Positions 34,801 to 49,200 of a stretch of 64,000 nucleotides of DNA are shown here, piece by piece (the first letter of the stretch is position 1; each line of letters begins with the position of its first letter). Origin of the DNA: Raillietiella orientalis. Lineage: Eukaryota. The position numbers were made by a program, and so were the translations under genes. The stretch lies in NCBI GenBank assembly GCA_036172245.1, contig JAYWIR010000067.1, forward strand, positions 372,001-436,000, written 5' to 3'. The notes beneath the pieces are model-generated. The model was not told the origin of the DNA. It did not search any database and saw nothing but the letters and a program-made list of their open reading frames with translations.

Positions 34801-37800
34801 CGGCGTCTGGAATGGTACTCGAGTAGCATTCGGGCTTCTCTGTTGATGAAGGTGCCGTGGTGTTCATCTGGTCGACTCTCAGCAACCAGGAGCCCAAGAC
34901 TCCGGATTTGAAGAAATTCGAGTACCTATCTACTCTCCAAGATCAGTGCCCTCTTGGTGACATCGATCGCATCGCGACGTCAAGAGCGCCCAGTGAGCTG
35001 ACAGCATATCTCTGCATCATAGAAAGCGTATCCTTTCAGGGGGATAAGAGAGTGATTTGTGTAATGGCCGCGCAGTTGGGACCTTGCTCACGTCCGAGTT
35101 CCGTAGGGCGTCCACATGCCTTCGAACATGCTGGAGGCAACCGGCCACCGCACCTGTGGTTTTCTGTCAGAGTCCCCTTCAGTGTCCCTCTAGTCGTACC
35201 TTTGACACCTGCCGACCCTCATACGCTTCCGTGCACGCCTCCTCAGCCTGCTTTCTGGGTTACACCTATTTGCGAGTTTTCTGGATAATTCGTCACGGGA
35301 TGTGGATGTATCCGTAGTTGCTCGGTTGCCACAGGCATCACCTGGATGCATATTGCAACTAAGATAGAAGGTAGATGATGGTGCTGTTCTCCCTCAGCAT
35401 CCCCCTGCAGGAAATCGTAGCAGGACTCAGCGCTGCGAAAGCAAGTCTGTAAACGGGCATCTGTCTCTGGTGCCAAAGTTCTTCTCCAGTCGCAGCTGTG
35501 CTTGTCAAATGCTCACTGCTTTCTTTTTGAACGAGAAAGACATTCTTGCTGCTGCTCTTTGCATCAGAGTTCTCCAGTCATGCTACTCGATGTCTCTTGC
35601 CTGCCGTTGCAAGGTGGCTTTTGCTTAAAGAACACGAAATCTGAAGGAGTGTACGCCTCAAACAGTCATTACCTACTTCATCCCTAGTAACATCTCGTTC
35701 GTCATGTTTTTCTTTCTCTGTCTTCTCGTACCCTCTGAGTTTCAAAGGAATGATGGAATGATCCGGAAACCAGGCTGCATCCCATTTTATAATGTCTATG
35801 CTCTTTTTTGTTTGGCTGTTAAGATTCAAAGCAGGGATGGAATACGAACAAAAATGTTTCTCGAAAAGTTTTAGGAGTCGCTTCTAGATGTCAGCACACT
35901 AGTAATCATAACCACCATTTTCCGTTTTTGATTTCTTCTCATTCAGCAGGGTTGTCAGAAGCAACGGTCGAACAGACTCGCGTTGGACGCCAGATTTTCA
36001 GTCAGAATCTGAAAGCAAGAAATGCTTGTTCTCGGAAAATGCTCGTGATATGAGACCTCACCTCAACTCTAAGGAGGGAGGAATGTGTCCCCAACAGTTG
36101 CAATAGTCAAGCATGCATTCCAAGTGCACATGCTTGACATTTTTCGAATTTCATTTTGTTTCAGCTTCCTTCACGAGTTGGTCTTTTAATCAAGTCAGTC
36201 TTTGAACTCTTGTAGATGACATTCCGCTGGCCTTTTCGAAACCATTGCTTGGTTTTTAGATAGGACTCAGCTACTGTCATGGGAATGACAAAAACAACGC
36301 TATCTAGAAAATGACCTGTAATGGATATGATTCAAATTTTGCAGAGATTTCAAAGGACGGGAGGGAGGGGTAGGGCAATAAAGCTCAACTGACCTCCGTC
36401 GAACTACAGTCAAGTACGAAAATCTGATGGAACCCTACTCGGGAAGAAAGAATTTCTGCTTGTCCAGAAGTATGAATGGCGAATCACCATGCAAGAATGG
36501 CCCAAAGCGCCACATGGTTACATTTCTCGTGTGGATCGTAGTTGAAATGGACCATTTGCGATCGCTTGATGGCAACTGAATTTTCGAGTAGCGAAGAGCA
36601 GCAGCTTCCGCTCCCTGGGCGCGGTCACAGACAGGGCATATTGATCCAACTTTGCTGTTGCCGGGTCACACGGAGCCAAACAAAGCTGGCAAACAGTTCA
36701 AGCACCCATTCTTCAAGATCGCACTCCCACAGAACCGTTAATACATATTCGGTTTAGGAAATTGTAAGTTGCTATTTTTTTCTTCCATTTTTCTTGTAGA
36801 TTTCGGCTCCCTGGTAATTTCTCCCAGTGAAAATCCCCAGTAAGCAGCAGACGTATTTGCAACTCTCTCTGTATATGTATGCATGTATGTATTCTTCCAC
36901 ACGAAAGCGTGTTCAAGCAGTATGTAGTATTAGTAGTCATGCGTTACTACGTATGGTGTGTGCTCAGGAGAGAGCTCACCAGGAAGGGATGACCCCAGGG
37001 GGCGCGCTCCGGATGCACGTTCGGATGTTTGAAATTTCATGCAGCACATATTCCCATTCAGGCATGCAAGAGCTTTACAAAATGATTCCGATGATATCGA
37101 ACGCAAAAACTGGCTGTTGTCACGGTTGTTAATAACGTGCTCGGCGTCTAGTAATAACATCTGATAAGTGACCAGGTTCTGACGATATGCGAGTTCAAAA
37201 ACGCTCATGCAGTAATCGTGATGTAAGGATGAATGCTTTGAGTAAACGGATGATTGAGATGCACGTTCAGTTTCCCTCTTTTCACATACTCAAACTTACG
37301 GATGAATTCCCAGTTTCGAAACTTCGTGTTTAGGCGTTCGCGGATGGGGATCAGTCGCGCGGCTGCATCGAGAAGATTCGGCTGGAAAATACACGGCATG
37401 GCGTTTTAGAGGCACACTGAACGTGGGCTGCTTAGAAGGAACCTCTCCGAGGATTCTTCCGTTGCTCTCATTGCCCCAAGAAATCTGTTTAGAACATCAT
37501 TTCACGAACGGTATTTGAGATTTGTTCACGGCTTGGGGGATGCTCAGGATGGTGTGGATTTGTGGCATGTTGGTAGTTTCCTCGGAATTGCATTGCATCT
37601 TGAAATGTCTTTTCGTGTAGTTTGCGTGAAGAAGATGGAACGATCCCTCGAGTCTTTTTTGACACTTTGGATACTAAGTTCTTTGCTTTCGTTTTCCCAA
37701 GCATCTGGCGACTACAGGAGACGCTTGCATGAATGATTTCATCAGCGAAGAACAGACCATTCATGCCATGAGATTATTAGGAAGTGAAGTAGTTGAGCAT

Positions 37801-37891
37801 TGAAAGAAAACGAGTCATTTACCTTCACCCGCGTTTTAAAGTTCACGCCTGTAAAGTTCATATCTTGTTTATGAGGGACTTCTTGCAGTGG

Positions 37892-38480
37892 GATTTTGAT
37901 TTTCACCCGGGTGAACCGGGGCGTTTATTTTGTACAAACTTATTACAAAGGAAATTGTGGTTGAATCGGGGGTCCCGCCACGCCCAATTTAGAGGACACC
38001 TGCCGGGTGCCCGGGTCGCAGACCGGCGCGGTCCACCACGGCAGCAGAGGGGAGAGAGCAAACAAACAAACAAAAAGGAAACAAAAAGAAGAAATATATA
38101 CACTATGGGGGGTTTCGGGGAGGGATCGCTGTCCGCTGGTCTTCTCTAGGATGTGGACAAGGCCTTGCTGGATATTCCTGTCCAGGTGGGGACGTCTCTT
38201 TGCCATGCTGATGAATTGGACGGCGAAATGGAACGCATCCATGTCGCTGGATCCTCCCGTTGCTTTATTCCAGTTTGAGACCATCCCGCGTAGGCAGCAC
38301 AAGGCTGCAAGGGAGGCCGCTGGCCGAGGGGCGCCGCGAACGAAGAAGGGTTTGAGAGCGTCCCTGGAGTTGCCTCCGGGGTCTACCAGAGCCGCGGCAA
38401 TGCGTTTCCAGAAGGCCGGAGGGCAACATAGTCCAATAACAGGTGAGGTGGGGATTCCCGTACTTCGCATCTGACACAGC
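37892..38480 (-). mobile_element. 5'-truncated LINE with intact 3' end
   Basis: ORF2 C-terminus (FWKRIAAAL...AALCCLRGMVSNWNKATGG...RPHLD), structured module 38044-38000, terminal AATAAACGCCCCGGTTCACCCGGGTGAAAATCAAAATC. Confidence 0.85.
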
Positions 38481-40210
38481 TCGGGTCCACACCTCCCCGC
38501 GTCCAGTGATGACATGCATGGGATTTTGATGATGGGCACTGAGCGCACAACTCTACATGGCAAAAATTACATTCTAATCAGAGGTTGCGGGAAATTCCCT
38601 TCTGCGCTTGGATGTTGATGATTCCTAAATGATCCCTTAAGTCCGCTGAAATGGTTAAGAGTAGCAGCAGAACAATCTGCGAATAGTATGTAGACTAGAA
38701 AGCTCAAGTGCTCAGAACAGAATGACCAAGAAACAGAATGACTCAGAGAGATTAGCAAACTTCTCAATTCTTTGAAAACTGGATTCTGTGACCAGATGCT
38801 ACGAGACTCTACACAGGTTTCATGTTCTAAAACGCCAGAAGCACTTCAAATATTCTCAGAGTGTGGATACTTCCCACTATTTAAAACCCTCGTCACCACA
38901 GGGTGAAACCCTCGTCACCACCATAACTCCCTCTCACGTTGATGAATGGCTGAATTTTTCTTTTCTGTATTTTCCTGCTGAATCTCAGAGGGGCTTTCAG
39001 ATTGTCAAACTGATCAGATGTTCTCGTGAAATCTGACCTACATTTCGTTTGGTTTTGGAAACTGTTGAGGGAAGAATATGCTAAGGCCATGCATAACGGC
39101 CCAAAGGCATCGGAACGAATTTTTCCGAACGCAGGCTGACTGATGCTGCACCATCTGAAAGACAAAGGAGTTTGTATGAGTGCGAGCAACGTATGCAGAA
39201 CGAGTCGATCTCCGGAAACAACATGAATGGCACTGCTAAAGAAGTTAGGGGGCATTTCTAGGCATCGAAACGCCGTTAATAGATTCAAGATTGTCGTCGG
39301 TACACAACCATATGGCTTCTTCCATGGAGGGTCACTGAAGAAACTCATTGGATCTGCAGTGCGGATAAGAGCTTTGCGGGTCATTGAGGGATTGGTCATA
39401 CGGGTGAAAAGGCATAAAGCATCGGACTTTCTTTTCGTCATTTGAATTGCTATTCTTCACCGATTGCTAAGGCTTTTTTAAGTGATGGATTTCTCTGTGT
39501 TCCAAGCTACGAACCCCACGAAAGACAAAAGTCAAATAAAAAGAAAACGAAAACGCCGTAGAGTGGGTTGGTTTGCTGCAAATACGCAAGAAAAAAACAA
39601 AAGTGATTACGACTTTAAAAAGTGATTACGACTCACCCGGAAGTCGGTTGGTCCACAAAATGCTCAAGCGAGCTCCAGTGTTTTTGCCCTGGTTCCCTTC
39701 GCTTTCGAGCTTCTTTCTTTCGCTTTCCTATTTTTCCCAAATTTGTGGAGGCTGACATCAGGACGATGAGTATTTTGGGGAAATCGCCGGTTGTGGAACG
39801 AAAGCGATGTACATGATGCATGGTTTCACCTTTTTTTCCATTTTTGTTTGCACACTGGCGATACTTTTGGAGAATGAAACCTGAAATTACATATGGGGTA
39901 TGTGGATAACATTCGTTGCTAGTTGACGCATGCATTCCCGGCGTGACTCCTAAACTTGCCTCCTGGGGAGAGAAAGGATACGTTGTCTGAACTACATGTA
40001 ATACTTCCTGAATGAAATTCGCTGTTCGGTTGCCCAAATTGAATTTAAGAAACAAGAAACACGCTTGCATTCAGGAAACGTTACCATCTAAAACATGTTT
40101 CTAAAATTAGAACTGAGATCCACTATCTCCCCAGTACAATGATAAAATATATGTGTGTAGAATAATGATAAGGTACATGTAGCATATTGATACAATTTAC
40201 TTCCGTTAGC

Positions 40211-43200
40211 ATGGCCAAAAAGAAACAAGAAATTCAATTGCAACACGAAGTCAAAACGCAAGAAGAATGGGACGCATTCATGGCTAAGGAAGGATTAATA
40301 GGTGAGCATGAGCTTCTTGGAGTGCATGAGAATCACTTGGGGTCTCCGTGAATGTGTGGTTAAATAATCCACATCAATCGCGGAGGCGGCAGCCTCTGAA
40401 AGCAAACTGTGGTTCCTGGGTTTAAAACGGATGGTGCCAACGTGCATAGAAAAGACTTCATGTCAGCTGCACTGACTGTTCCGATTTCATCATTTCGCAT
40501 GCCAACAGAATCGACTCAATCCACAGCAGCTACTCAATTTTGAGCTTGAAAATCATTTTGTACTCCATGCAGAAAAATGAATTGGAAAAGCACTGCCCAT
40601 AATGAAACCCACAAAGAACTACAGTTCGAGATTTTTCGGAGTTGCATGCACGCAGAGAAACATTACAGTAGATTCCTACTGTAATGTTTCACTGTCACAA
40701 GATTTGCAAGAGAAACTGAACTCACTTAGCATTGTGTGTTCGGGCAAGTTCGATATCTAGTTAATGTGTGTTTTTTTTTTTCTTTTTTCTTTTCTATGCA
40801 GTGGTGGATGTCTACACGAAGTGGTGTGGGCCGTGCGAACCTATGCAATCCATTATGCGGAAAATACGGTTCGAGCTAGGAAACGAGTGCCTTCACTTCC
40901 TTAAAGTACGCTGCCATTCGTTTTGTGCTTCTCTCTCCGCCTCTCTGTACACTAATCTGTATTCGTACGAACTTTGACTCCAACCGTATTCAGATACAGC
41001 CCACCAAATCCTCAAAATGAGGGAAAGCTGACCTCACACATTCTTCTTGTTCGTAGCAGTAGCGAAATCAGCTGACTGAGAAGTAGCCGATTCCTGGCAT
41101 TCAGGGCTTTAGACTTCGGGCGAGGGCCGCGATGCCCATAAAAAACCCCGAAAGATCATAAGAAATTGACACATATGCTTGCTCTACATAGATGAACACA
41201 CTAATTTATTTTCATATACATGGGTATTCATATTTATTCACATAACTACTATTAGCAGTAATATCAATGCAACAGATGGATTTATTAAAGTTCACTGACG
41301 CAAGTTTTATTAACATAATTAATAAGTTATTGATTACATTTTTGATGTATATATTAAATGTTATAAAAAGTAAATATGTATTCTTATTATATGTATTGAT
41401 ATATATACAAAGATCAATATAAGCATATGTGTTTACTTTGTTCGAAATTTTCATCATTCGGGATTTTGAACCCGACCCGAGAGTCGAATCTCCACTGAAC
41501 GAACCCGCCTACTCTCCTCTTCTTGACCTTTCCAGTCCAGGGTTTTCTTCCTTTGTGGTTTCTGCAGGACGCGCAGACCCCCCTGCGAACGTAGTCTCCG
41601 TGGCAGCTTCGGAATTCACCTTCGAGAGCAGCGGTTTTCGGTTTGCAGAACCTCCCTCGGTGGCACAGACAAACAAATTGGGCTCGTCGGGAAAGCGTTC
41701 CCCAGCACAAACAGTTTTGGAGTTCCCGCCATCTTCGATCCGTCCCTCGAGCCGGAATCTGTTTGTATGCATCCATATAGGTACCCACCCAGAACCATCA
41801 CCACGTTTTTTCTCTATTATTTGAAAAACGGGGATCGAAAATCCGTCCGTTCCTCAATGCTCACGGCACAAACCGATGGTCACTTCGCGGAACAGGTCCC
41901 GTTTGAGATCCTCGGGATGGCCAAGTGGAGTTTCTAGAACCCGGGAAAAGACCATATGTCTCACAGGGAAACGTAGAGTTTCAATTCCAAGTATTCATAA
42001 ACTGCCACTTGCTAACAAGGAATCTTTTCTAGAAGAAAATAGATTCACTTGAAGGTGCGCTATTTGTGAGGTGAACACAAAAGCAACTTGATGCGTCCAG
42101 TCTGCCTGCACATTTGACGAACGATGAGCATTTCGTGAGCGTGTCGGTACAACTTGGGATACGCGATTGTGACTTCTTTCAAAAGCGTTGGAGTGCTAGA
42201 TGGCAAAGCGGAAGAGTAGGATTTTGTACGGTTGCTATGGTTCAGGCCGTTTCGAGACCCGTCTCCAGCACGAAACGGAAAAGCAGAGAGCTGTAATTCA
42301 GCGTGGTTTGGCACACTCACTACGGATCCGAGGCTCAGGGATCTGCTGCTTAAGAATTCTTGCGAATGGCATCTTTGCCTACAGCAAAAATGCGACTTGC
42401 TCTCTCACGTACTTATTTAAAGGCTAGGATGCTTGTCTGTGGTTGGTCTCTGGCTGGTTACGCTTGGATGATAATCTATGGTTTCTACTGCAACTATTTC
42501 TTCTTCCATTCGAATGTTCGGTTACGGATATAGTGAAAAAGTATAACAGTTGTTGACTATTCATGTTTACCAAGGCATGCTCTGAAGATATTGAAAGCTT
42601 GGCGGTTTACAGGAGATCATGCGAACCGGTGTTCCTGCTCATGGCCGTGAGTATCATCCAAAATTTGATTTCGCTGAGTTTGCAGGATCTCTTCCAGAAC
42701 GGCAAAGTAATGAAGGAAATCATTGGAGCTAATGGACCTCTGTTTACGAGATTGGTGAAGGAAGAGTATGAGAAAGAGAAAAAGGTTCTTAAGGGTTCTG
42801 GCCAACGGATACCTGTGAGTCTGTCTGCATTTATAACATATAATGTGTCTTCCGTCCTGAATCCTTTTTAATCACCTCGAAACGCCGGACGGAAGAAAAA
42901 CAAAAAACAGCGTAAGCATTCGATAAACACAGATGGAAAGGCGTTCAGTTTTTTGCCAATGCAAATTCCCTAAGGGCTCTCACACCCTCCTATGCGGGCA
43001 CTTCCGCTCTGATGTACTTTGCTCATGAAGACGGAACATCCCTGCAGGACCGGAAATCGGGAACACTGAAGCACACTTTCGCCACATGTACCGCAGTGTT
43101 CCCGATTTCTGTTTTTTCGCTGCGTTACTATCCCTTTGCTGTCATTAAGTTCGCATTTCGTAGCCAATGACCTTCCCCGTCTCTCTTACCACTCGAGCAA

Positions 43201-46200
43201 TTTGCCGCAATTCATCTCATTTCTCGCATCCACGCTTCCTGGAGCGATCGAGAAAGTTCGCCCTTGTGCCAGTCCATCCTTTCTGTGTCTCGGCTTTATT
43301 TCAGTGCGATGCCGATTCGGCGGTGCCTCGGAAGTTCCATTTTCTGAATTTGCCCCTTTCAGTAGCAACCCTCCCAGATCCAAGGCAGATCCATGCCTCA
43401 TTGAAAAGAAGTGCTGCTTGCATTGCGTCCCGATGTCATGCGGGCACCACCTCCTTCACCACCTCTCATCTCCACCTGTCCACGCTTTCGTTTGTTTTTA
43501 TCCAGTTCTCCCATCTCGTCAGTTGCCGTTTTCGAGAAAATTCGCTGAATCAAGTAAAGCAGATGCCTTCTGCAAAGAGTATTCCTCACAATGAGGAGCA
43601 GGTCTTGTAACCCATCACAAAAAAAACGTGCCCATCCGTGCATGAAGCTGCATCACCGGGCTCGGAATCTCTTTTCAAGTGCTTTGTTGTCAGATGCTGT
43701 AGGCAGCTTGAAAACTCGGGACTGGTCTTCCTCTCAAGAGGATGTATGTGCTGCACCACTGCTTTTGCATGCGTGCATCCATTAAGTTCCGGCAGAGATC
43801 ATCCCTGAATCGGTAGTGTGTGGTACACTGATTTTCCCTCCAAATGCTCTCTGATTCGATACACACCTGCCGACCCTCGTTGCATGCGTAGCAGTGTGGG
43901 ACGTTTTGCAGCCACCAGTTGCTTGACGAGATGAAAGCGTACTTTGACGTGCTAAACATCCACTGGTGAGATCCAAAAGACAACAACCTCGCAATATCTC
44001 GGAGATGTTTCCGGATTATTCAGGGATGGCAACCCAGCAATCTGAGCCTGTCATGGTCGGAATGCAAAAAGGAAGTGGATGGGAGGGGGGGGGGGGACAC
44101 ATTCAGAAGTAAGCGCTCGAAACTCTGATCAGTAAGGTTGAAAATTTTAAGATTGGAATTTCGCTCCAGGAATCGGAAGCAGGTGAAAATGGCGACTTTG
44201 GAGAGCAGACAAGTGGGTTCTTGGCTCCCCTTTTCTCGCGTTCTCAGAAGAGTTCTATGGTCCTCTTGAGGGAACTTAGCCATACAGTTAAGATACAAGG
44301 GCTTGTCCAGCCAATCGCATGGAAGTGTCCAAAAGCGTGCTTTTGGAGGGCTGTCTCAGGAGTCCTCTTGATGATGTCAAAGGGGAGCTTGGTTTAGGGT
44401 ACGACTGCACCTCGCATCCAAGTTTCGTGCATTTCGATTTCTGATTGGGAGTGCCAGTTCGAGCTCAAGGGTGAAGTGTAGTCGTTGAACATGGAGGTCA
44501 AAACAATATATTGGATCTCTTAGGGGTTGTCTGCCTTTTTCTGATTAGTGGGAGATAGGGGACTATCAGAGGTAAAAAAAAAAAAAAAAAATAGCGCTCG
44601 TCATCACTAGTGAGGTGTCATTCTTGAAAATGGTGATCATCAGCAAGTAGCTGGTCTTCCCACCGAATCGAAATCCTACCATGGAATTGAGCGAGAGCGA
44701 GGATAGAATAAGCTTTTCTCGACAGGGACAGCGCATTGAAGTGGAGAGATTTGATTGTTTTAAGGACGTTTTAGGGAGTCCCTGTGTCGTAAAAGAATGA
44801 GAGAGCTTCAATGCTTACCTATTTCGACCCTCTGGGAGTCCCCATCGCATCAGCTACGGGATACATCTTTGCCCTCACGAAAACGACCAGACTTTGCTCT
44901 GCAGCACGATCTGGAGAGGCATGCTGCTTGGTGAACGGAACTGCCTCTTCGAATACGCTTACTTACGTACACCGATGCCTCTGACGGTGGAAAGGGACCT
45001 CTTTTCGAGCCATAAACGGTATGGGGAAAAAATAGTTTCTTCATCGATTTTCATTTTAGAAACATAATTGTGTAGTAACTAGGATATGGGAAGCTTAATG
45101 GTGTTCATACGTCCTTGTGAAAGGGGTTAAGAGCCAAAGTTCCTTGCAAACATGCATGTTGGCCCCCACCTAAAAGGTGCTTTCAGTGTCCTCTGTTTAC
45201 GAATCGCATTTCCAGAGGATTTCCAGTTGCACCACTGGAATGGAAACACATTCTTCACTCCCAGAGTTAGACGTATCAGAGGTGCCATTCCTTTTAAATC
45301 GCTGTTTCTTCCAGCCTGTATAGTTTTTTGTTTTCTGTTTTATTCCATCTGCCAGTCGATTCTTTCACTTTTGTTCCACGGTCAATCAGCTACGATTCTG
45401 AATTTGGAAAAATGTACTCATTTGTTTTTCAAGCAAGAGAGCTGGCATCCAGAGGAGCTCATTTATGGATTCGTTGTTCATCTACGTATGTCCTTCCTAC
45501 CGGAAAACTACAACTTTAGGCGAAGACCTTTCCGAGTTCCACAGAGTCCGAGGATCGAAGTCATCACTCTGACCATTAATTATCGAGGTGTTAGTCAGTC
45601 CTTTCTCTCTCGTCTGGAAACTATGGAGACAAAGGACATCGTTACCGCTCTTTCTCTGCGCTCCTTTGACTCTCCGAAAGCGAAATGACTTTCAAAGAAC
45701 TCTGTATCCAACTCAGTCAAAGCCTCTGATCGTTCCTCAACAAACTGAAACTTCTCACGACGTGTTTCCGTGTTATCTAACCGAGCTTTGCACGCAACGA
45801 CCCACATGATCCACTTCTTTGCTTTTGTTTACCTTGGAGCTTCTGATATTTCAGATGCTGGAGAGCTTTAGATGCGGAGGTCATTTTTACTTGGTTGATT
45901 CCAGAGTCCTTGGGAGTGCACAAAGGGTGCCGATTCTGTGCTCAAACCTTTAGCCGTTAAGTGGGGTTGATGCATATCCATTTCTGTCTCCTCCGAAAAC
46001 AAAGATCATGCGGCTGATATCTGCGGAATCATCCACTACTCTGTAACGTCTTCTTTGATGCTACTGATTTTCCCGAACAATCAGTCTAGCGCAACTGGTT
46101 TCTCGAGTGGTACTTGTAGTCCTTGCATCCGCGACACTGCTTCATTCGATAGTAAAACCAAGAAAAATAAGAGTGCTCTTCTTTCCTGGATTTTGAAGAC

Positions 46201-49200
46201 TCCGAAACAGCAAAGATAAATCAAAATGTGCCAGATTAGGATCCATCCTTTGGCCTGATCCCCGTGGCGAATCCAGAAATGGTTGTGAAGATCCGATCGG
46301 GTTACAAACTCATTATTAGCAGAGAGCTGCTAGGGTGCTTCGGCTTACAATTTTCTTTTCGCCGTGCATGCTGTAAAGCCCACGTCTTGCTCCGACAGGT
46401 CCCTCATCTCACCCTCAGAGAACAAGTCACTGGTATCCTTCCTGCGGTTCTGGAATCCCACTTGTCCCTTCTTCCTGAATCGAGGAATACGCACTCGGAA
46501 GAGAACAGTCTTATGGAAGCATCGTAGTAGCCAGCGGGAATACTGTTGTGTTTGCAGTGTGACCCCGGAAACGGGCGTGCGGCGTTACAGATGTACTGAC
46601 CCCTGCTTGTGATCGGTGGAATGCATGACGAAAATGTTGAAGATATTTTTCAACGATGCTTGCATTTCCGCGCGTGGAACGTCGGCAAAGGAGTTCTGCG
46701 GACGTCTCCTCGCGAGCGCTTGCAACGTTTGCACGGCTTTCCAGTGAGAAAGCGCGGCACAAAACATCAGACGCCTGGACACGGGAAAAGTCTCAAAATG
46801 AAGACGACCGAGACCGCAAGTGCTCCAAAAAGATACTTTGTATACATGTGCCAGTCGTTGTGTCCATAGAGCTCCCGAGACGAGGGAAACTTGAGAGGGC
46901 AAATGAACCCTTGCTCTCGGAAGCAACGTTGTTCTGAGACAATCGCAGCGCATGAATCTTTAACACTTTTAATCACACAATGTTGGTGGAAAGGTAGTGA
47001 GTGAGCGGTCGTCGTCTTTGTGGCTGTAAAACGAGAGCTGTTGCTTTGTCTCGTAACTAAAGAAGTCATCGAGATAAGTTCTGCATGCCGTGTTACATCG
47101 AAACACAAATTTACCGTAGACGTTTCTTGCTGCTTTCTTTCAGCTTAACACTATTGCTCGCAACCAATCGAAGATTAGTGTGCATGTTGTGTTTCCCTGT
47201 CTAAGTTCGCTCGCTAGTAGCAGTAATGCAATTTCACTCTTTAAACTGATTTAGAATAGAATTTTCGTGGAGTGGGAAACACCTCTAGGAAGAGTGCGTC
47301 TCTCGAAAAGAATGAAGTTCAAGTGACACAACACTAAACTGAATATGGGCACATGAAAGTTTCACAAAGGAAGTTTTATTAGTTTGTAGCGCAAAAGTAC
47401 AGTTTTGCTTCAGATATTTCCTAATTCTGTGGTTTTAAATCCTTTCTGGTACTTTTGCAGCAATACGAAGAGATCCCCAAACCCGAAGAAAGCAAGGAAG
47501 AGGTGGAAGAAGGTAAATTGTGAAAGTCAAGGTATCCCCTCAGTTAGCTTTTGTTTTGAGGCGTGAAATATAATTTATGTTAAAAAAAATTCCCTCAAAT
47601 AACAAAGAAAGAAAAAATGCCTCCACGTTCTACTCTTTGCCGCAGTTACCATTTTAAAAGTCGACCTACTCTCCACGCGTTTCCAGTTCTTTCTCTCCCG
47701 GGAGCTCAACTTTAGACTTCCCATTGCGACCTTCGGAGCCTCCATCGCGCAGCCGTAAGAGGCAGTGTTTGCTCTCCTAAAAGCCTTCTTCTCACTCACT
47801 ATCTTTTCGTTGTTCTACTGCTTTTGGATATCTTGGAAGAGGAAGAAAAAAAGAAATGCACAGTGCACTAAGAACAGAAGGCTTGCCACTGAATTTTGGC
47901 ACCGACGATCTGAGATTGCGTAGTAAACATCGGCAGAGACGAAACAATCACACTGTACCTGTAGTTGGTCAAAACCATAGGTACAATATGATTGTTTGGT
48001 CAAAAGATGTGAAGGAAAAAAAGTTTTCACTCGTGGAATCAGAAATTGTGAAGGTTGTTTGCTGCACTCGATGACTAACGCAACGTGAAATCGGTTCGCA
48101 CTTGTTGCTAGTGGGAAAAGGTCACGGGCTGCGTCTCGAGAGTACGTTTAGATCCGCCGATTCATTGCTTCAAGCGCGACTAGCTCTCCACATGTTACAT
48201 GCATGCTAGATATCAAGCGTACAGATTCCTTCAAGGGATAGTGTAGAATCGGATCGGAATTTCCTTAAAACGAAAGTATGATTGAGAACGAGGTACGTTT
48301 ACGTTTACGTTGAGCGCTCACCAGCCGCAAATTATTACATCGTATTCTGGAAACACTCGGCAACGAGTCCCGTGTTTGCCATCAGACAAACAGTTGGTCG
48401 AGGACGCGTCGTTTCTCAGCCTTCTACTTACTTAAGCCCTTTTGCTGTAACACCTTTGCATCCTTTGCGAGCATTGACAACAGCGGCAATCGTAACACGA
48501 GATCCTCATCCGTTCCTAAATGTTCGTTCCGGTGACTTTTCCCTGTATTTCGCCTGATTCCTTCCCTTTTTTCTTACCAACAGAAATCGTCCTTCGACCA
48601 AGGAGTAAGACCAGCTCCCTACTTTTGAGAACTCTCACCAATTTTGCCTTTTGCGTGATATCTCCCACACTGGAACAGGAGAACAAAATCGACGAGATCT
48701 TGGAATACATAAAGATATCCAGGTTCGAAATCGAAACTTTGAAGCGCATTCACCTCAAAGAAGAAGAAGTTCGCCTTCTGTACAGTAAACACGTTGACAT
48801 CACAGAAGAAATGTTCCGTTTCATAGTGCGAATGTTTGCCCGAAACTCCACGAACCTAGCAACCTTCCTGGTAGTAACAAGAAAGGGTGAAAACGAAGTC
48901 AAAAAGAAGTGGAATCAGCTAGTAGGACCTCTACTAAACTATTCCTCCACATATGAAATTCAAAGAGAGACCAAAGTCTTAAAGCGAGAGAAGGGCAGGC
49001 AACAAGCGAAGAACGATAAACCCCGTAAGAGAGCGGGCAGCTCCGTTTCCCAGCCAGAGAACTCTCACAATCAGACAACGTGAGTACGCTTCCTTCGCGT
49101 CCACAAGCATCCGGGATGTGTGCGCCTGTAAACATGGGTTTGGTGTTCCTTCTAAGGGGCTCCAACATACCACCAAAAATATTCTGCCGTCAGCTTCAGG

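Noticed and set aside
35900..37850. Minus-strand splice-site-like pairs (e.g. 53-nt GT-AG at 36061-36009) suggesting an orphan gene
   Set aside because: Could not assemble a phase-consistent ORF; may be lncRNA or chance; needs RNA-seq.
39900..40210. RFX X-box candidates upstream of the NME8-like ATG
   Set aside because: Only half-site matches (GTTGCT, GTTACC) without a proper RGYAAC partner.
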